From NCBI RefSeq assembly GCF_943371255.1, contig NZ_CALRUC010000002.1:27086-91085 (forward strand): 64,000 nt of DNA, written 5' to 3'. This document shows positions 1 through 9,219 of the stretch, in pieces. Position 1 is the stretch's first letter, and every line of letters begins with the position of its first letter. The notes under the pieces were generated by a model, which was not told where the DNA came from, searched no databases, and saw only the letters and a list, made by a program, of their open reading frames with translations. The position numbers and the translations under genes are program-made. Origin of the DNA: Ferrovibrio terrae (lineage in GTDB: Bacteria; Pseudomonadota; Alphaproteobacteria; Ferrovibrionales; Ferrovibrionaceae).

Positions 1-1230
1 AACAACGAGTTCACGGAAGTGATCGCCGTTGCGCTCGATGATCTCAATGCCGGCGTCACTGCTACGGGCGCTTTCAAGTTCACCGGTTCACCGACGGCCG
101 CAGGTATTGTTGAGCTGATGGCTGGCGGCCGCAAGGTTCGTATCGGTGCAGCCCAGAGCGCGACGGCCGCCGCGATGGCGACGGCCGCGGTTGCTGCGAT
201 CGCCGCCACGCCGGATCTGCCGTTCACTGCGGCGGTGGATGGCGTCGATACCGCGAAGATCAATCTGACGGCGCGGCACAAGGGCACGCTGGGCAATAGC
301 ATCGACCTGCGGCTCAACTACTACGATGGCGAAGTGCTGCCGGCCGGTCTTACCGTCCAGCTGACGGCCTTCTCCGGTGGCACTGGCAATCCCGACCTGC
401 TGCCGGCCTTTGCCGTGCTCGGCGATGAGCATTACCAGGTGATCGCGCATCCCTATACGGATCCGGCCAGTCTGATGGCGATCGAAACCGAGCTGGCGGA
501 TCGCTTCGGTCCGACCCGGCAGATCGATGGCGTCGCCTTCACGATGTTATCGGGCACGCATTCCGCCTGCGGCACGCTCGGCGATACCCGTAACTCGCCG
601 CACAGCTCGATCCTGGGCGTTTACGGTTCGCCGTCGCCGCCGTGGGAATGGGCCGGTGCATATGCGGCCCGCGTTGCCCAGCGCGGCCAGATCGATCCGG
701 CGCGGCCATATCGCGGCCTGCCGCTTAACGGCATCCTGCCGCCCAAGCAGGAAGACCAGTTCACGCTGGCCGAGCGCAACCTGCTCACCTTCGACGGCAT
801 TTCCACCTACACGGTGGATGATGGCGGCATCGTTCGTATCTCTCTGCCGATCACCACCTACAAGACCAACCAGGTGGGCGCCGACGACACGAGTTACCTG
901 CATGTCCGCACCATGCTCACCAACTGCTATCTGCGGTGGGACTGGCGCAACCTCATGCTGCGCAAGTTCGTAGACTTCAAGCTCGCCAAGGACGGCACGG
1001 CTTACGGCGCCGGCCAGGCGATCGTCACGCCGAATGTGGCTTTGGCTGAGTCCTACATGTGGTTCCGCCGCATGGAGGAGCTGGGCCTGGTCGAGGACTT
1101 CGAGCAGTTCAAGCGCGATGCCCAGGCGGAGATCGATGCCCAGAACCCGAACCGCCTGAACATGTACATGCCGCCGAACCTGGTGAACGGCCTGGATGTG
1201 CTGGCCGTGCAAATCGGCTTCCGCAACTGA
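1..1230 (+). CDS. Phage tail sheath protein (Mu gpL-like), 5' truncated by window edge
   Basis: Frame open from base 1; sheath-type motifs (PYTD, DPARP, ERNLL..DGISTY, YKTN..GADD.SYL) immediately upstream of tube gene. Confidence 0.9.
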   Translation, partial: NNEFTEVIAVALDDLNAGVTATGAFKFTGSPTAAGIVELMAGGRKVRIGAAQSATAAAMATAAVAAIAATPDLPFTAAVDGVDTAKINLTARHKGTLGNSIDLRLNYYDGEVLPAGLTVQLTAFSGGTGNPDLLPAFAVLGDEHYQVIAHPYTDPASLMAIETELADRFGPTRQIDGVAFTMLSGTHSACGTLGDTRNSPHSSILGVYGSPSPPWEWAGAYAARVAQRGQIDPARPYRGLPLNGILPPKQEDQFTLAERNLLTFDGISTYTVDDGGIVRISLPITTYKTNQVGADDTSYLHVRTMLTNCYLRWDWRNLMLRKFVDFKLAKDGTAYGAGQAIVTPNVALAESYMWFRRMEELGLVEDFEQFKRDAQAEIDAQNPNRLNMYMPPNLVNGLDVLAVQIGFRN

Positions 1231-1256
1231 CGAACCGCTGACAGCAGGAGAGCAGC

Positions 1257-1622
1257 ATGACCAAGAACCGCCGCGCCGGCCGCATCTATCTCAAAGTGGA
1301 TGGCGTCCGCTACGATGCCAAGGGCAGTTTCTCGTACAACCTTGGCGCACCGAAGCGTACCGCAATCGTCGGCGCCGACAAGGTGCATGGCTTCTCGGAA
1401 GAGGTGCAGGTGCCTTACATCGAGGGCGAGATCACCGACAGCCCCGACTTCGATCTCCGCAAGTTCACGGAGATCGATGGCGCCACCATCACCCTTGAGC
1501 TGGGCAACGGCAAGGTGATCTCCCTGCGCGAGGCCTGGTACGCGGCCGAAGGCAAGGGCGAAACCAAGGAAGCGAATATCGAGGTTCGCTTTGAGGGCCT
1601 GGATGCCGAGGAGGTGCGCTGA
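1257..1622 (+). CDS. Phage tail tube protein (Mu gpM-like)
   Basis: 121 aa, RBS AGGAG; AGRIYLKVDG...G..R..IVG.D.VHGFSE....PYIEGEI pattern; position after sheath. Confidence 0.85.
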   Translation: MTKNRRAGRIYLKVDGVRYDAKGSFSYNLGAPKRTAIVGADKVHGFSEEVQVPYIEGEITDSPDFDLRKFTEIDGATITLELGNGKVISLREAWYAAEGKGETKEANIEVRFEGLDAEEVR

Positions 1623-1888
1623 TGACCAACAGCTACACCCTCAAGGTTCCCGTCAAGCACGGTTCCGATGAGATCACCGCGCTCACCTTCCGCAAGGCCA
1701 AGGCCCGCGACTTTCGCGAGCTGAAGGTTGGCGGCGACGGTGCGATCCCGATCGGCGACCTGCTGGACCTGGCCGCGCGCCTCAGCGACCAGGCGCCGTC
1801 CGTGATCGATGAGCTGGACCCCATCGACATGATGGAGGTGCTCAAGCGCACGGCGGGTTTTACCACGCCTGGCCAGAAGACTGGTTAG
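1622..1888 (+). CDS. Tail assembly chaperone (gp41/GpE-like)
   Basis: 88 aa between tube and TMP; LTFRKAKARD and IDELDPIDM motifs; slippery G GGT TTT near 3' end. Confidence 0.75.
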   Translation: MTNSYTLKVPVKHGSDEITALTFRKAKARDFRELKVGGDGAIPIGDLLDLAARLSDQAPSVIDELDPIDMMEVLKRTAGFTTPGQKTG

Positions 1889-2019
1889 ACGCATTCGACC
1901 TGCTCGCCGGCGAGCCATTCAACATCTCGCCGGCCGAGCTTTGGGAAATGGATGGCCCGGATCTCATGTTCTGGGTTTCGCGCGCCGCGAGCAGACTCAG
2001 CAAACAGAACAAGGGGTAA
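1855..2019 (+). other. Programmed -1 frameshift site and extension (GpE'-like) of the tail chaperone
   Basis: X XXY YYZ heptamer G GGT TTT at 1855-1861 in chaperone frame; -1 frame reads GFYHAWPEDWLDAFDLLAGEPFNISPAELWEMDGPDLMFWVSRAASRLSKQNKG* ending 2019, 3 nt before TMP start. Confidence 0.75.
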
Positions 2020-2022
2020 GCC

Positions 2023-3651
2023 GTGACCGGCTTCTCTCTCTCCATCATCATCAAGGCTGTTGACCAGGCGACCGCGCCGCTGCGCCGGATCGCTGACCAG
2101 CTGAACAATGCAACCGAACCGGTACGCCGGCTCGGTTCATCGTTGCGCGGCTTCAACGATGCCGCGGGCATCCCGCGGCTGACGGCTGGGATCGGCGGCG
2201 TCGCCGGCGCCATGCGTGGCGTTAGCGGTGAGGCGATGCTGCTGGCCGGCCGCATGTCGTCGCTCGCTTCCGGCTTCGGCCTGCTCGGTGCTGGCGGCAT
2301 CTATGCGTTCAAGACGCAGTTCCTTGACGTGTCAGCGCAGTTCGAGCGCTTCGAGACGATCCTGGGCACCGTCGAAGGATCGAGCGATAAGGCGAAGGGT
2401 GCCATGAGCTGGATCTCCGACTTCGCTACCAGCACGCCTTACGAGCTGAACCAGGTGACTGACGCTTATGTGAAGCTGCGCTCCTATGGCCTGAACCCGA
2501 CCAACGGACTGCTGCGGACTCTGGGCGATACCTCTGCTGCAATGGGCAAGCCGCTCATGCAGACGGTCGAAGCGATCGCCGATGCCGTCACCGGTGAAAA
2601 CGAGCGCCTCAAGGAATTCGGTATCCGGGCCAGCAAGGTGGGCAGCCAGATTGTCTACGAATACACGGACGCCGCCGGCAAGACCCAGCGCAAGGCAGTC
2701 GCGGCGAATAACCGCAACCTGATCGAATCGGTGCTCAAGTCGATCTGGAACGATAAGTATGCTGGCTCGATGGACAAGCTGTCGGGCACCTGGGATGGCA
2801 TGATGTCGAACCTTTCCGATCAGTGGACCAGGTTCTCGCGCATGCTGATGGATGGCGGCGCATTCGACTGGCTTAAAACGCAGCTTAAAGAGCTGCTCGA
2901 TACCATCGACAGCATGGCCGCCAGCGGCGAGCTGCAGCAGCTGGCCCAGGATCTGGGCGGCCAGCTGCGCGACGCACTGATTGCCGTGAAGGATGCCGGC
3001 ATCCAGTTCGCCGCCTGGGTCCGGGAGACCTGGCCTCAGATGCAGACCTTTGCCCAGGCTGTCGGCGGCTGGGGCAATGTGCTCAAGGGTGTGGCGTTCA
3101 TCCTGGCCGGCCCGTTCATCGTATCGCTGCTCACGCTCGGCCAGGCTTTCGTTTCCCTGGGTATGGCGATGTGGGCAACACCGATCGGCTGGGTGGTTGC
3201 CGGCATCGCAGCGATCGTCACGGCCGCCGTGCTGCTCTACACGCACTGGGACACCGTCACCGCAAAGCTGCAGCAGGCCTGGGCGATCATCAAGGAGGCC
3301 TTCTGGTCGCTTGTGGAGGGCATCGCCAAGGGCGTCGCGCAGATCGCCGACCTGTTGCCCAAGCAGCTGGGCGGCGAAATGGCGGTCAAGCTGAAGGCCT
3401 TTGCCGAGCTGGCAGCCAGCAACCGCACCGAAGCGCAATCGGCAATGCCTCAGTCGGCCACCGGCGCTGCCACGGTTCGGACCGGCGCTGGCGATGTGAT
3501 GCGCGCCAATGCCGGCGCCGGCGACAACAACAGCAAGACCGAAGTTCTGATCAAGGCCGAGAACCTGCCGCAGGGCATGAGCGTGCGCGTGGGCGAAACC
3601 ACCGCCGATCGTGTGAGCATGGATCTCGGCCGGGCGATGGCCGGCCCATGA
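2023..3651 (+). CDS. Tape measure protein
   Basis: 542 aa, Ala/Gly-rich helical; TMP-type N-terminus (LSIIIKAVDQATAPLR) and core (FATSTPYEL, GTWDGMMSNLSD); position after chaperone. Confidence 0.85.
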   Translation: MTGFSLSIIIKAVDQATAPLRRIADQLNNATEPVRRLGSSLRGFNDAAGIPRLTAGIGGVAGAMRGVSGEAMLLAGRMSSLASGFGLLGAGGIYAFKTQFLDVSAQFERFETILGTVEGSSDKAKGAMSWISDFATSTPYELNQVTDAYVKLRSYGLNPTNGLLRTLGDTSAAMGKPLMQTVEAIADAVTGENERLKEFGIRASKVGSQIVYEYTDAAGKTQRKAVAANNRNLIESVLKSIWNDKYAGSMDKLSGTWDGMMSNLSDQWTRFSRMLMDGGAFDWLKTQLKELLDTIDSMAASGELQQLAQDLGGQLRDALIAVKDAGIQFAAWVRETWPQMQTFAQAVGGWGNVLKGVAFILAGPFIVSLLTLGQAFVSLGMAMWATPIGWVVAGIAAIVTAAVLLYTHWDTVTAKLQQAWAIIKEAFWSLVEGIAKGVAQIADLLPKQLGGEMAVKLKAFAELAASNRTEAQSAMPQSATGAATVRTGAGDVMRANAGAGDNNSKTEVLIKAENLPQGMSVRVGETTADRVSMDLGRAMAGP

Positions 3652-4853
3652 CCGAAGTTCGCGACTATCGCCAGGCGTCATTCCGCGGCGTGCCATTTCA
3701 GGTGGCCGTTGCCGATGACGAATTCGGCCGCCGCGGCGAACACCATGAGTTCCCCGGCCGCGACAAAGGGTTCTTCGAGGATCTGGGCAAGAAGGATCCG
3801 CAGTTCGCGCTCGATGCCTACCTGGTCGGCGACGACTATGCCGATCAGCGCGACAAGCTTCTTGCCGCCTGTGATGAACAGGGCCTTGGCGAGCTGGTGC
3901 ATCCTTACTATGGCGTCAAGCAGGTTGCCTGCATCGGCGTCCGCACCCGACACGACAAGGCGAAGCGGCGGCTGGTTTCATTGTCGCTCACGTTCCTTGA
4001 AACCGGCGCCGCACCACAGGCCGTTGCCCAGCCGATGCGCGGCAGCCAGGTGTTTCGCGCGGCCGACAACGCCCAGGGCGTGGCGATCGAAGATTTCAGC
4101 AAGGCCTTCAATCTGTCCGGTCAGCCCGGTTTTACGGTGCAAGAGCTGACCGACGTTTTGAGCGGCGGCGCGGATCTGATGCAGAATATTTCTTCGCCAG
4201 TGCAGAGTGTGTCGAACCTTGGCAGCGGCATCGGCGGCCGCTCGGCCTTCTCGCGCGGTCTGTCGATGCTGCGCGGCACATCGCTGTATGAGCCGTTTTC
4301 TCTCGGCACCCAGCTGTTTTCCGCCTTCGGCTCGCTGAGTCAGATCGGCGGCTATGGCGCAGGAAGCTATCAGAGCAGCCGGTCGGTCTGGTCCTACGGA
4401 TCATCGGTTACGCCTGTGCCGCTCACCACCGAGACGCGGCGGATCCAGGCGTCTAACCAGTCCGCCCTGGTCAGCCTGTTTGAACGTGCTGCCATCATCG
4501 AGGCCGGCCGCTCGATCCCGACTTACGACTTTGAGAGCTATGACGAAGCCGTTGCAGTCCGCGATGAGTATTCGGAGCGCATCGATCGCGAGCTGGAGTC
4601 GACGCGATCTGATGACGTGTTCCGCACGCTCACCGATCTGCGCGCCGGCGTGACGGGTGACGTTCGTGAGCGCGCCACGGATCTCGCCCGTGTTTCAACC
4701 ATCACGCCGGCGATGACGTTACCCGCGCTAGTCGTGGCCTATGACAGCTTCGAGGACGTATCCAAGGCCGACAGTATCGCCAGGCGCAATAAGATCCGGC
4801 ATCCGGGCTTTGTGCCCGGCGGCCGCCCACTTGAGGTGCTGATCGATGGCTGA
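3648..4853 (+). CDS. DNA circulation/circularization protein (Mu gpN-like)
   Basis: ASFRGVPFQV...GRR...HEFPGRD...EDLG; G.LVHPYYG; C-terminal PALVVAY...RN.IRHPGFVP; ATGA overlap with TMP. Confidence 0.85.
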   Translation: MTEVRDYRQASFRGVPFQVAVADDEFGRRGEHHEFPGRDKGFFEDLGKKDPQFALDAYLVGDDYADQRDKLLAACDEQGLGELVHPYYGVKQVACIGVRTRHDKAKRRLVSLSLTFLETGAAPQAVAQPMRGSQVFRAADNAQGVAIEDFSKAFNLSGQPGFTVQELTDVLSGGADLMQNISSPVQSVSNLGSGIGGRSAFSRGLSMLRGTSLYEPFSLGTQLFSAFGSLSQIGGYGAGSYQSSRSVWSYGSSVTPVPLTTETRRIQASNQSALVSLFERAAIIEAGRSIPTYDFESYDEAVAVRDEYSERIDRELESTRSDDVFRTLTDLRAGVTGDVRERATDLARVSTITPAMTLPALVVAYDSFEDVSKADSIARRNKIRHPGFVPGGRPLEVLIDG

Positions 4854-5943
4854 TGCAGACATTGCCGAGCTGATCGTCGGCGGCAAGGCCTATTCAGGCT
4901 GGAAGGATGTGACCGGCATTCGCCAGATCGATGCCATCGCCGGCGGCTTCGAGCTGGAGCTGTCCGAGCGGTGGGACGGCCAGGCGGTGCGATGGCCGAT
5001 TGATCCGGGCGATCAATGTGAGCTGCGCCTGGCGGGCGAAACCGTAGTAGTGGGGAACGTCGACTCGGCCCAGCGCCAGATCGACAAGCAGAGTCACCGC
5101 GTCACCATCAAGGGCCGCGACAAGACCGGCGACCTGGTCGATTGCTCGGCAATCCACACGCCCGACGAGTTTTCCGGCCTTGACGCCCTGTCGCTTGCCA
5201 AGACGCTGGCGCAGCCCTTTGGTATTTCCGTTTCGGCCGATATCCCGGTTGGGGCTCCTTTCAATCCCTTCAAGCTGCAGCCGGGTGAGTCCTCGTTCGA
5301 GGCGATCGAGCGCGCCTGCCGTATGCGTGCATTGCTGCCGATGTCTGACGGCCGGGGCGGCATGGTTCTGACGCGCGCCGGCAGCGGCCGCGCTGCCTCT
5401 GCAATTGTCGAAGGTGGCAATTTGCTGAGTGGCTCGGCCGAGAATGACTGGTCGCAGCGTTACAGCAGCTACACGGTGAAGGCACAGTCAACCAGTGCGC
5501 TGGCAGAAGATCCCGACGACACAGCCGGCATTGAAGGTTCGTCCGGCGATCGCGGCGTGAACCGCCATCGGCCGCTGCTGATCGTCGCAGAAGGCATTGC
5601 CGACACGGCGGCGGCTCGTGAGCGTGCCCAATGGGAGGCCGGCGTGCGTGCTGGCAGGTCCGTGACAGTTACTACTCTGGTGCAGGGCTGGCGTCAGGCG
5701 GATGGCGCGCTGTGGCCGCTGAACAGCCTTTGCCCGGTGAAGATTCCCAGCCTCGATATCAACGACACGCTGCTGATTACGGCGCTGCGCTTCACCTTCG
5801 GCGCCCAGGGCAGCCGCACCGAGATCAGCATGACCAGGCCGGACGCCTTCCGCCTGATCCCGGAAATACCGAAGGGCAAGAAGAATACCGGCCTGCCCGA
5901 AGGCACCCAGGTGATCACGTCCGAGGGGCAGCTGAAACGATGA
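4846..5943 (+). CDS. Baseplate hub protein (Mu gp44/gpP-like)
   Basis: YSGWKDV, GRDKTGDLVDCSA, QPGESSFEAI, RA.WEA..RAGRS, GWRQ.DG.LW..N motifs. Confidence 0.85.
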   Translation: MADADIAELIVGGKAYSGWKDVTGIRQIDAIAGGFELELSERWDGQAVRWPIDPGDQCELRLAGETVVVGNVDSAQRQIDKQSHRVTIKGRDKTGDLVDCSAIHTPDEFSGLDALSLAKTLAQPFGISVSADIPVGAPFNPFKLQPGESSFEAIERACRMRALLPMSDGRGGMVLTRAGSGRAASAIVEGGNLLSGSAENDWSQRYSSYTVKAQSTSALAEDPDDTAGIEGSSGDRGVNRHRPLLIVAEGIADTAAARERAQWEAGVRAGRSVTVTTLVQGWRQADGALWPLNSLCPVKIPSLDINDTLLITALRFTFGAQGSRTEISMTRPDAFRLIPEIPKGKKNTGLPEGTQVITSEGQLKR

Positions 5944-6473
5944 GTAAACGCCTGTTCGATGCTGCCATGAGGCCGACTGTCAATCGCGTCAAGCTGGCGA
6001 TCGGCCGCGCCGTGCTCCGCCTAGTGTCCGATGCCGGCGTGCTGCAGCGGCTACAGATCGAGGGCCTGAAGGATGAGCTGTTCTGGGCCGACCGGATCCA
6101 GAATTACGGTTTCTATTCCAATCCGCCGCCTGGCGCGGATGTCGCGGTGGTGTTCCAGGGGGGCGACCGTGGCGCCGGCGTCGCGGTTGGTGTCGATCAT
6201 CGCGACTATCGGCCGAAGAACCTCAAGACCGGCGAAGCAATGATGGCCGACATGTTCGGCAAGTTCATCTACATGCAGGACGATGGCACGATTGTGATCA
6301 AGGCCACCAAGATCCGTCTCGAGGCGGCAATGGTCGAGGGCACCGGCGAGATCAAGGACCGCTGCGACAGCGACGGCAAGACGATGTCCGGTATGCGTGC
6401 AAGCCATAACACACATAAACACCCAGAGAACGGCGGCGCCGGGCCGACCGATGTTCCCACCGAACCGATGTAA
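5940..6473 (+). CDS. Baseplate spike protein (Mu gp45/gpV-like)
   Basis: QRLQIEGL.DE...IQNYGF.S.PP.GA; C-terminal HNTHKH metal-binding HxH tip. Confidence 0.85.
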   Translation: MSKRLFDAAMRPTVNRVKLAIGRAVLRLVSDAGVLQRLQIEGLKDELFWADRIQNYGFYSNPPPGADVAVVFQGGDRGAGVAVGVDHRDYRPKNLKTGEAMMADMFGKFIYMQDDGTIVIKATKIRLEAAMVEGTGEIKDRCDSDGKTMSGMRASHNTHKHPENGGAGPTDVPTEPM

Positions 6474-6477
6474 GACG

Positions 6478-6936
6478 ATGGATATCCGCGTCACCTTCGA
6501 TGATGTCACGCTCACCGGTGATCTGGCCGTGGTCGCGGGCCTGCTTGCGCTTGAGCCTGGTCCGAAGTCGTCCATCATCATTTCGCTGTTCAGTGATGCG
6601 CGTGCCGGCGCTGCCGATGAGCTGCCGGACGATGAAACCTCGCGCCGCGGTTATTGGGCCGATGCGCTCAGTGACGATCCCGAAGAAAGCACCGGCTCGC
6701 TGCTCTGGTTGTTGCAGCGTGAGAAGCAGACTGAGAAGACACGGCTTCGCGCGAAGGCATATGCCGAACGCAGCCTGCAATGGATGATCAGAGACGGGGT
6801 GGCGCGCGCCATCACGGTAGTAGCCGAATGGATCGGGCAAGGTCGCCTTGGCCTGGGGATCGCAGTGTCTCGCCCTGACGGGACAACGGAGCGGTATCGC
6901 TTCGAGCAGATCTGGCAAGCAGCCGAAGCAGAATAG
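6478..6936 (+). CDS. Baseplate protein (Mu gp46-like)
   Basis: IIISLFSDARA, RRGYWAD, GSLLWLL.REK, A...L.WM..DGVA motifs. Confidence 0.85.
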   Translation: MDIRVTFDDVTLTGDLAVVAGLLALEPGPKSSIIISLFSDARAGAADELPDDETSRRGYWADALSDDPEESTGSLLWLLQREKQTEKTRLRAKAYAERSLQWMIRDGVARAITVVAEWIGQGRLGLGIAVSRPDGTTERYRFEQIWQAAEAE

Positions 6937-6947
6937 GAAACCGTTCA

Positions 6948-8012
6948 ATGGCGTTTCAGCGTCCATCGCTAACCGATCTTGTCGCGCGGGTCCAGTCGGA
7001 TATCGATGTCCGACTGCCCGGCGCTGACAGCCGGTTGCGGCGTTCGGCGCTGACGGTGCTTGCCTATGTGATCGCCGGCACGGCGCACATGCTCTATGGC
7101 TTCATTGAATGGGTGGCGCGGCAGATCCTGCCCGATACGTCGGATCTCGATATTCTCGCCCGACATGCTAGCATCTGGTCTGTGCTGGCCCGCGCCGCCA
7201 CGTTCGCGACCGGCAATGTAACGCTTGCCGGAATCTCCGACACCGTGATCGCTGCCGGCACCAGGCTGTTGCGGAATGATGGCCTGATTTACCGCACCAC
7301 GGCCGAGGTGACGATCGAGGACGGCGCGGCAACCGCTCCAGTGGAAGCGGAATCGGCAGGCCTGCTGGGCAACGCTGCCGCCGGTGTGGTGCTCAATCTG
7401 ATCACTCCGATCGCCGGCGTGCAGTCTGCGGCCGCAGTGGCAGTCGGCGGCCTGACCGGCGGCGCTGATGACGAAAGCGCGCAGAGCCTTCTGGCGCGTC
7501 TGTTGCAGCGGATCCAGCTGCCACCGCATGGCGGCGCCGATTTTGATTATCCCTACTGGGCCAAGAAGGTCGCTGGCGTGACGCGGGTATGGGTTGCGCC
7601 GCGTGCAATGGGCCTTGGCACGGTGACTGTCCGCTTCATGATGGATGATGCTTATGACGATGGCATTCCGCAGCCTGCTGATGTCACCGCGGTGCAGGCT
7701 TATATCGACCAGCTGAGCATTCGGCCGGTTACGTGTGAAGTGTTCGTCGTGGCGCCGATCGCCGTGCCGCTCAATTTCCAGATCTCCGGCCTGAACCCGT
7801 CAACGACAGCTGTACGAGAGGCAATTAAAGCCTCGTTGAAAGACCTGATCCGACGTGAAGCGGTGCCCGGTGGCACGATCCTGTATTCGCATATCCGCGA
7901 GGCAATCTCCGTTGCCGCCGGCGAGTACAACCACGGCCTGGTTGCACCGGTTGCCGATGTCGCCCACGGCACCGGGCATATCTGCACCCTCGGCGTTGTG
8001 AGTTTCGTCTGA
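6948..8012 (+). CDS. Baseplate J-like wedge protein (Mu gp47-like)
   Basis: MAFQRPSL, GGADDES, PPHGGA..DY..WA..V.GV.R.WV motifs. Confidence 0.9.
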   Translation: MAFQRPSLTDLVARVQSDIDVRLPGADSRLRRSALTVLAYVIAGTAHMLYGFIEWVARQILPDTSDLDILARHASIWSVLARAATFATGNVTLAGISDTVIAAGTRLLRNDGLIYRTTAEVTIEDGAATAPVEAESAGLLGNAAAGVVLNLITPIAGVQSAAAVAVGGLTGGADDESAQSLLARLLQRIQLPPHGGADFDYPYWAKKVAGVTRVWVAPRAMGLGTVTVRFMMDDAYDDGIPQPADVTAVQAYIDQLSIRPVTCEVFVVAPIAVPLNFQISGLNPSTTAVREAIKASLKDLIRREAVPGGTILYSHIREAISVAAGEYNHGLVAPVADVAHGTGHICTLGVVSFV

Positions 8013-8599
8013 TGCGCTCGACCCCGGATCAATACCTTCGCCAGCAACAGGCCCTACTTCCGCCAGGCGCCGCCTGGTCGCGCTCACCTGGCACGATCAT
8101 CACGGCGATCCTTGAGGTGTTCGCCGAGACCTGGGCACGCCTGCATAACCGTGCCGCAGATCTGCTGGAAGAGGCGGATCCGCGCACCACGCTTGAGCTG
8201 TTGCCCGACTGGGAGCGCGTCACTGGTCTGCCCGATCCATGCTTTGGTACGGAACAGACGGTGCAGCAGCGTCGGGCCGCCCTGGTCGCGCAACTGACGG
8301 CCACCGGTGGTCAAGACCGGCAATACTTCATCGATCTGGCCGCGCGCCTTGGCTACGAGATCACCATTCAGGAGTTCCGCCCGTTTCGTGCCGGCAGCCT
8401 GGCCGGCGATCCATGCTGCGATGAACCGTGGTGGTTCGTATGGTACGTGAAAGCACCGCTGGACACTTACCGCGAGTTTTGCGCCGGCATCTCTTGTGCA
8501 GGCGAGCCGATCCGCACCTGGGGCAATGAACCACTCGAATGCACGATCCGGCGTTATGCGCCGGCTCATACTCTCGTCAAGTTCAGTTACGGAGAATAA
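8012..8599 (+). CDS. Baseplate wedge protein (Mu gp48/YmfQ/DUF2313-like)
   Basis: LLPPGAAW, EADPRTT.ELLPDWER..GLPD.C, LEC.IRRYAPAHT motifs. Confidence 0.9.
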   Translation: MRSTPDQYLRQQQALLPPGAAWSRSPGTIITAILEVFAETWARLHNRAADLLEEADPRTTLELLPDWERVTGLPDPCFGTEQTVQQRRAALVAQLTATGGQDRQYFIDLAARLGYEITIQEFRPFRAGSLAGDPCCDEPWWFVWYVKAPLDTYREFCAGISCAGEPIRTWGNEPLECTIRRYAPAHTLVKFSYGE

Positions 8600-8602
8600 G
8601 CC

Positions 8603-9214
8603 ATGTTTTTCCCCGATCGCTTGGCCGCCGAAACGCCGCCCGCCGTACCTGCTGTCGGTACGCCCGGCTTCTTCACACACGGCAATGCCGGGCTTGATGT
8701 CCCTGCCACTCCAGTAGAGAGCTGGTGGCTGAATATGGTGACGCAGGAGTTGGCAGCGGTCGTCGCGGCCGCTGGCCTCACACGGGACAAGACCAATAAT
8801 GCCCAGGTGGTCCAGGCGATCAATGCGCTGATTACCGCCGGCGTGCCTTCGCTAGCGAATGTCGCTTTCCTGAACCAGGTTCAGTCCTTCTCCAAAGCAC
8901 AGGGCAGCACGGCAAAGGTGCTGACTGCCGCGTCGCCCGTGGCGATCGACTTCGCGGACTCAAACCTTTTCACCTTCGCACCGGCGACCAGCTTCACCCT
9001 GGGCAATCCTGGCAGTGTCGTGAACGGGCGCCCGTTCATGATCATTGTGACGCAGCCTGTCGGCGGTAACTGTGCGTGGGGCTTCAATGCCAACTGGGTG
9101 TTCGAGGACAATGAATTGCCCTCACCACTGCTCACCGCGAACGCGCTCAACATCTTCATCGGCACCGGCCTGCCTGCGAGCAAGGCAACCGGCCGCATGA
9201 TCAGCATCGTCTAA
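8603..9214 (+). CDS. Short tail-fibre/adaptor protein with Mu gp49-like N-terminal anchor
   Basis: PGFFT.GN.....PAT.V...WLN.V..EL..VV.AAGL...K....Q anchor motif; only 203 aa. Confidence 0.7.
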   Translation: MFFPDRLAAETPPAVPAVGTPGFFTHGNAGLDVPATPVESWWLNMVTQELAAVVAAAGLTRDKTNNAQVVQAINALITAGVPSLANVAFLNQVQSFSKAQGSTAKVLTAASPVAIDFADSNLFTFAPATSFTLGNPGSVVNGRPFMIIVTQPVGGNCAWGFNANWVFEDNELPSPLLTANALNIFIGTGLPASKATGRMISIV

Positions 9215-9219
9215 TCGCT

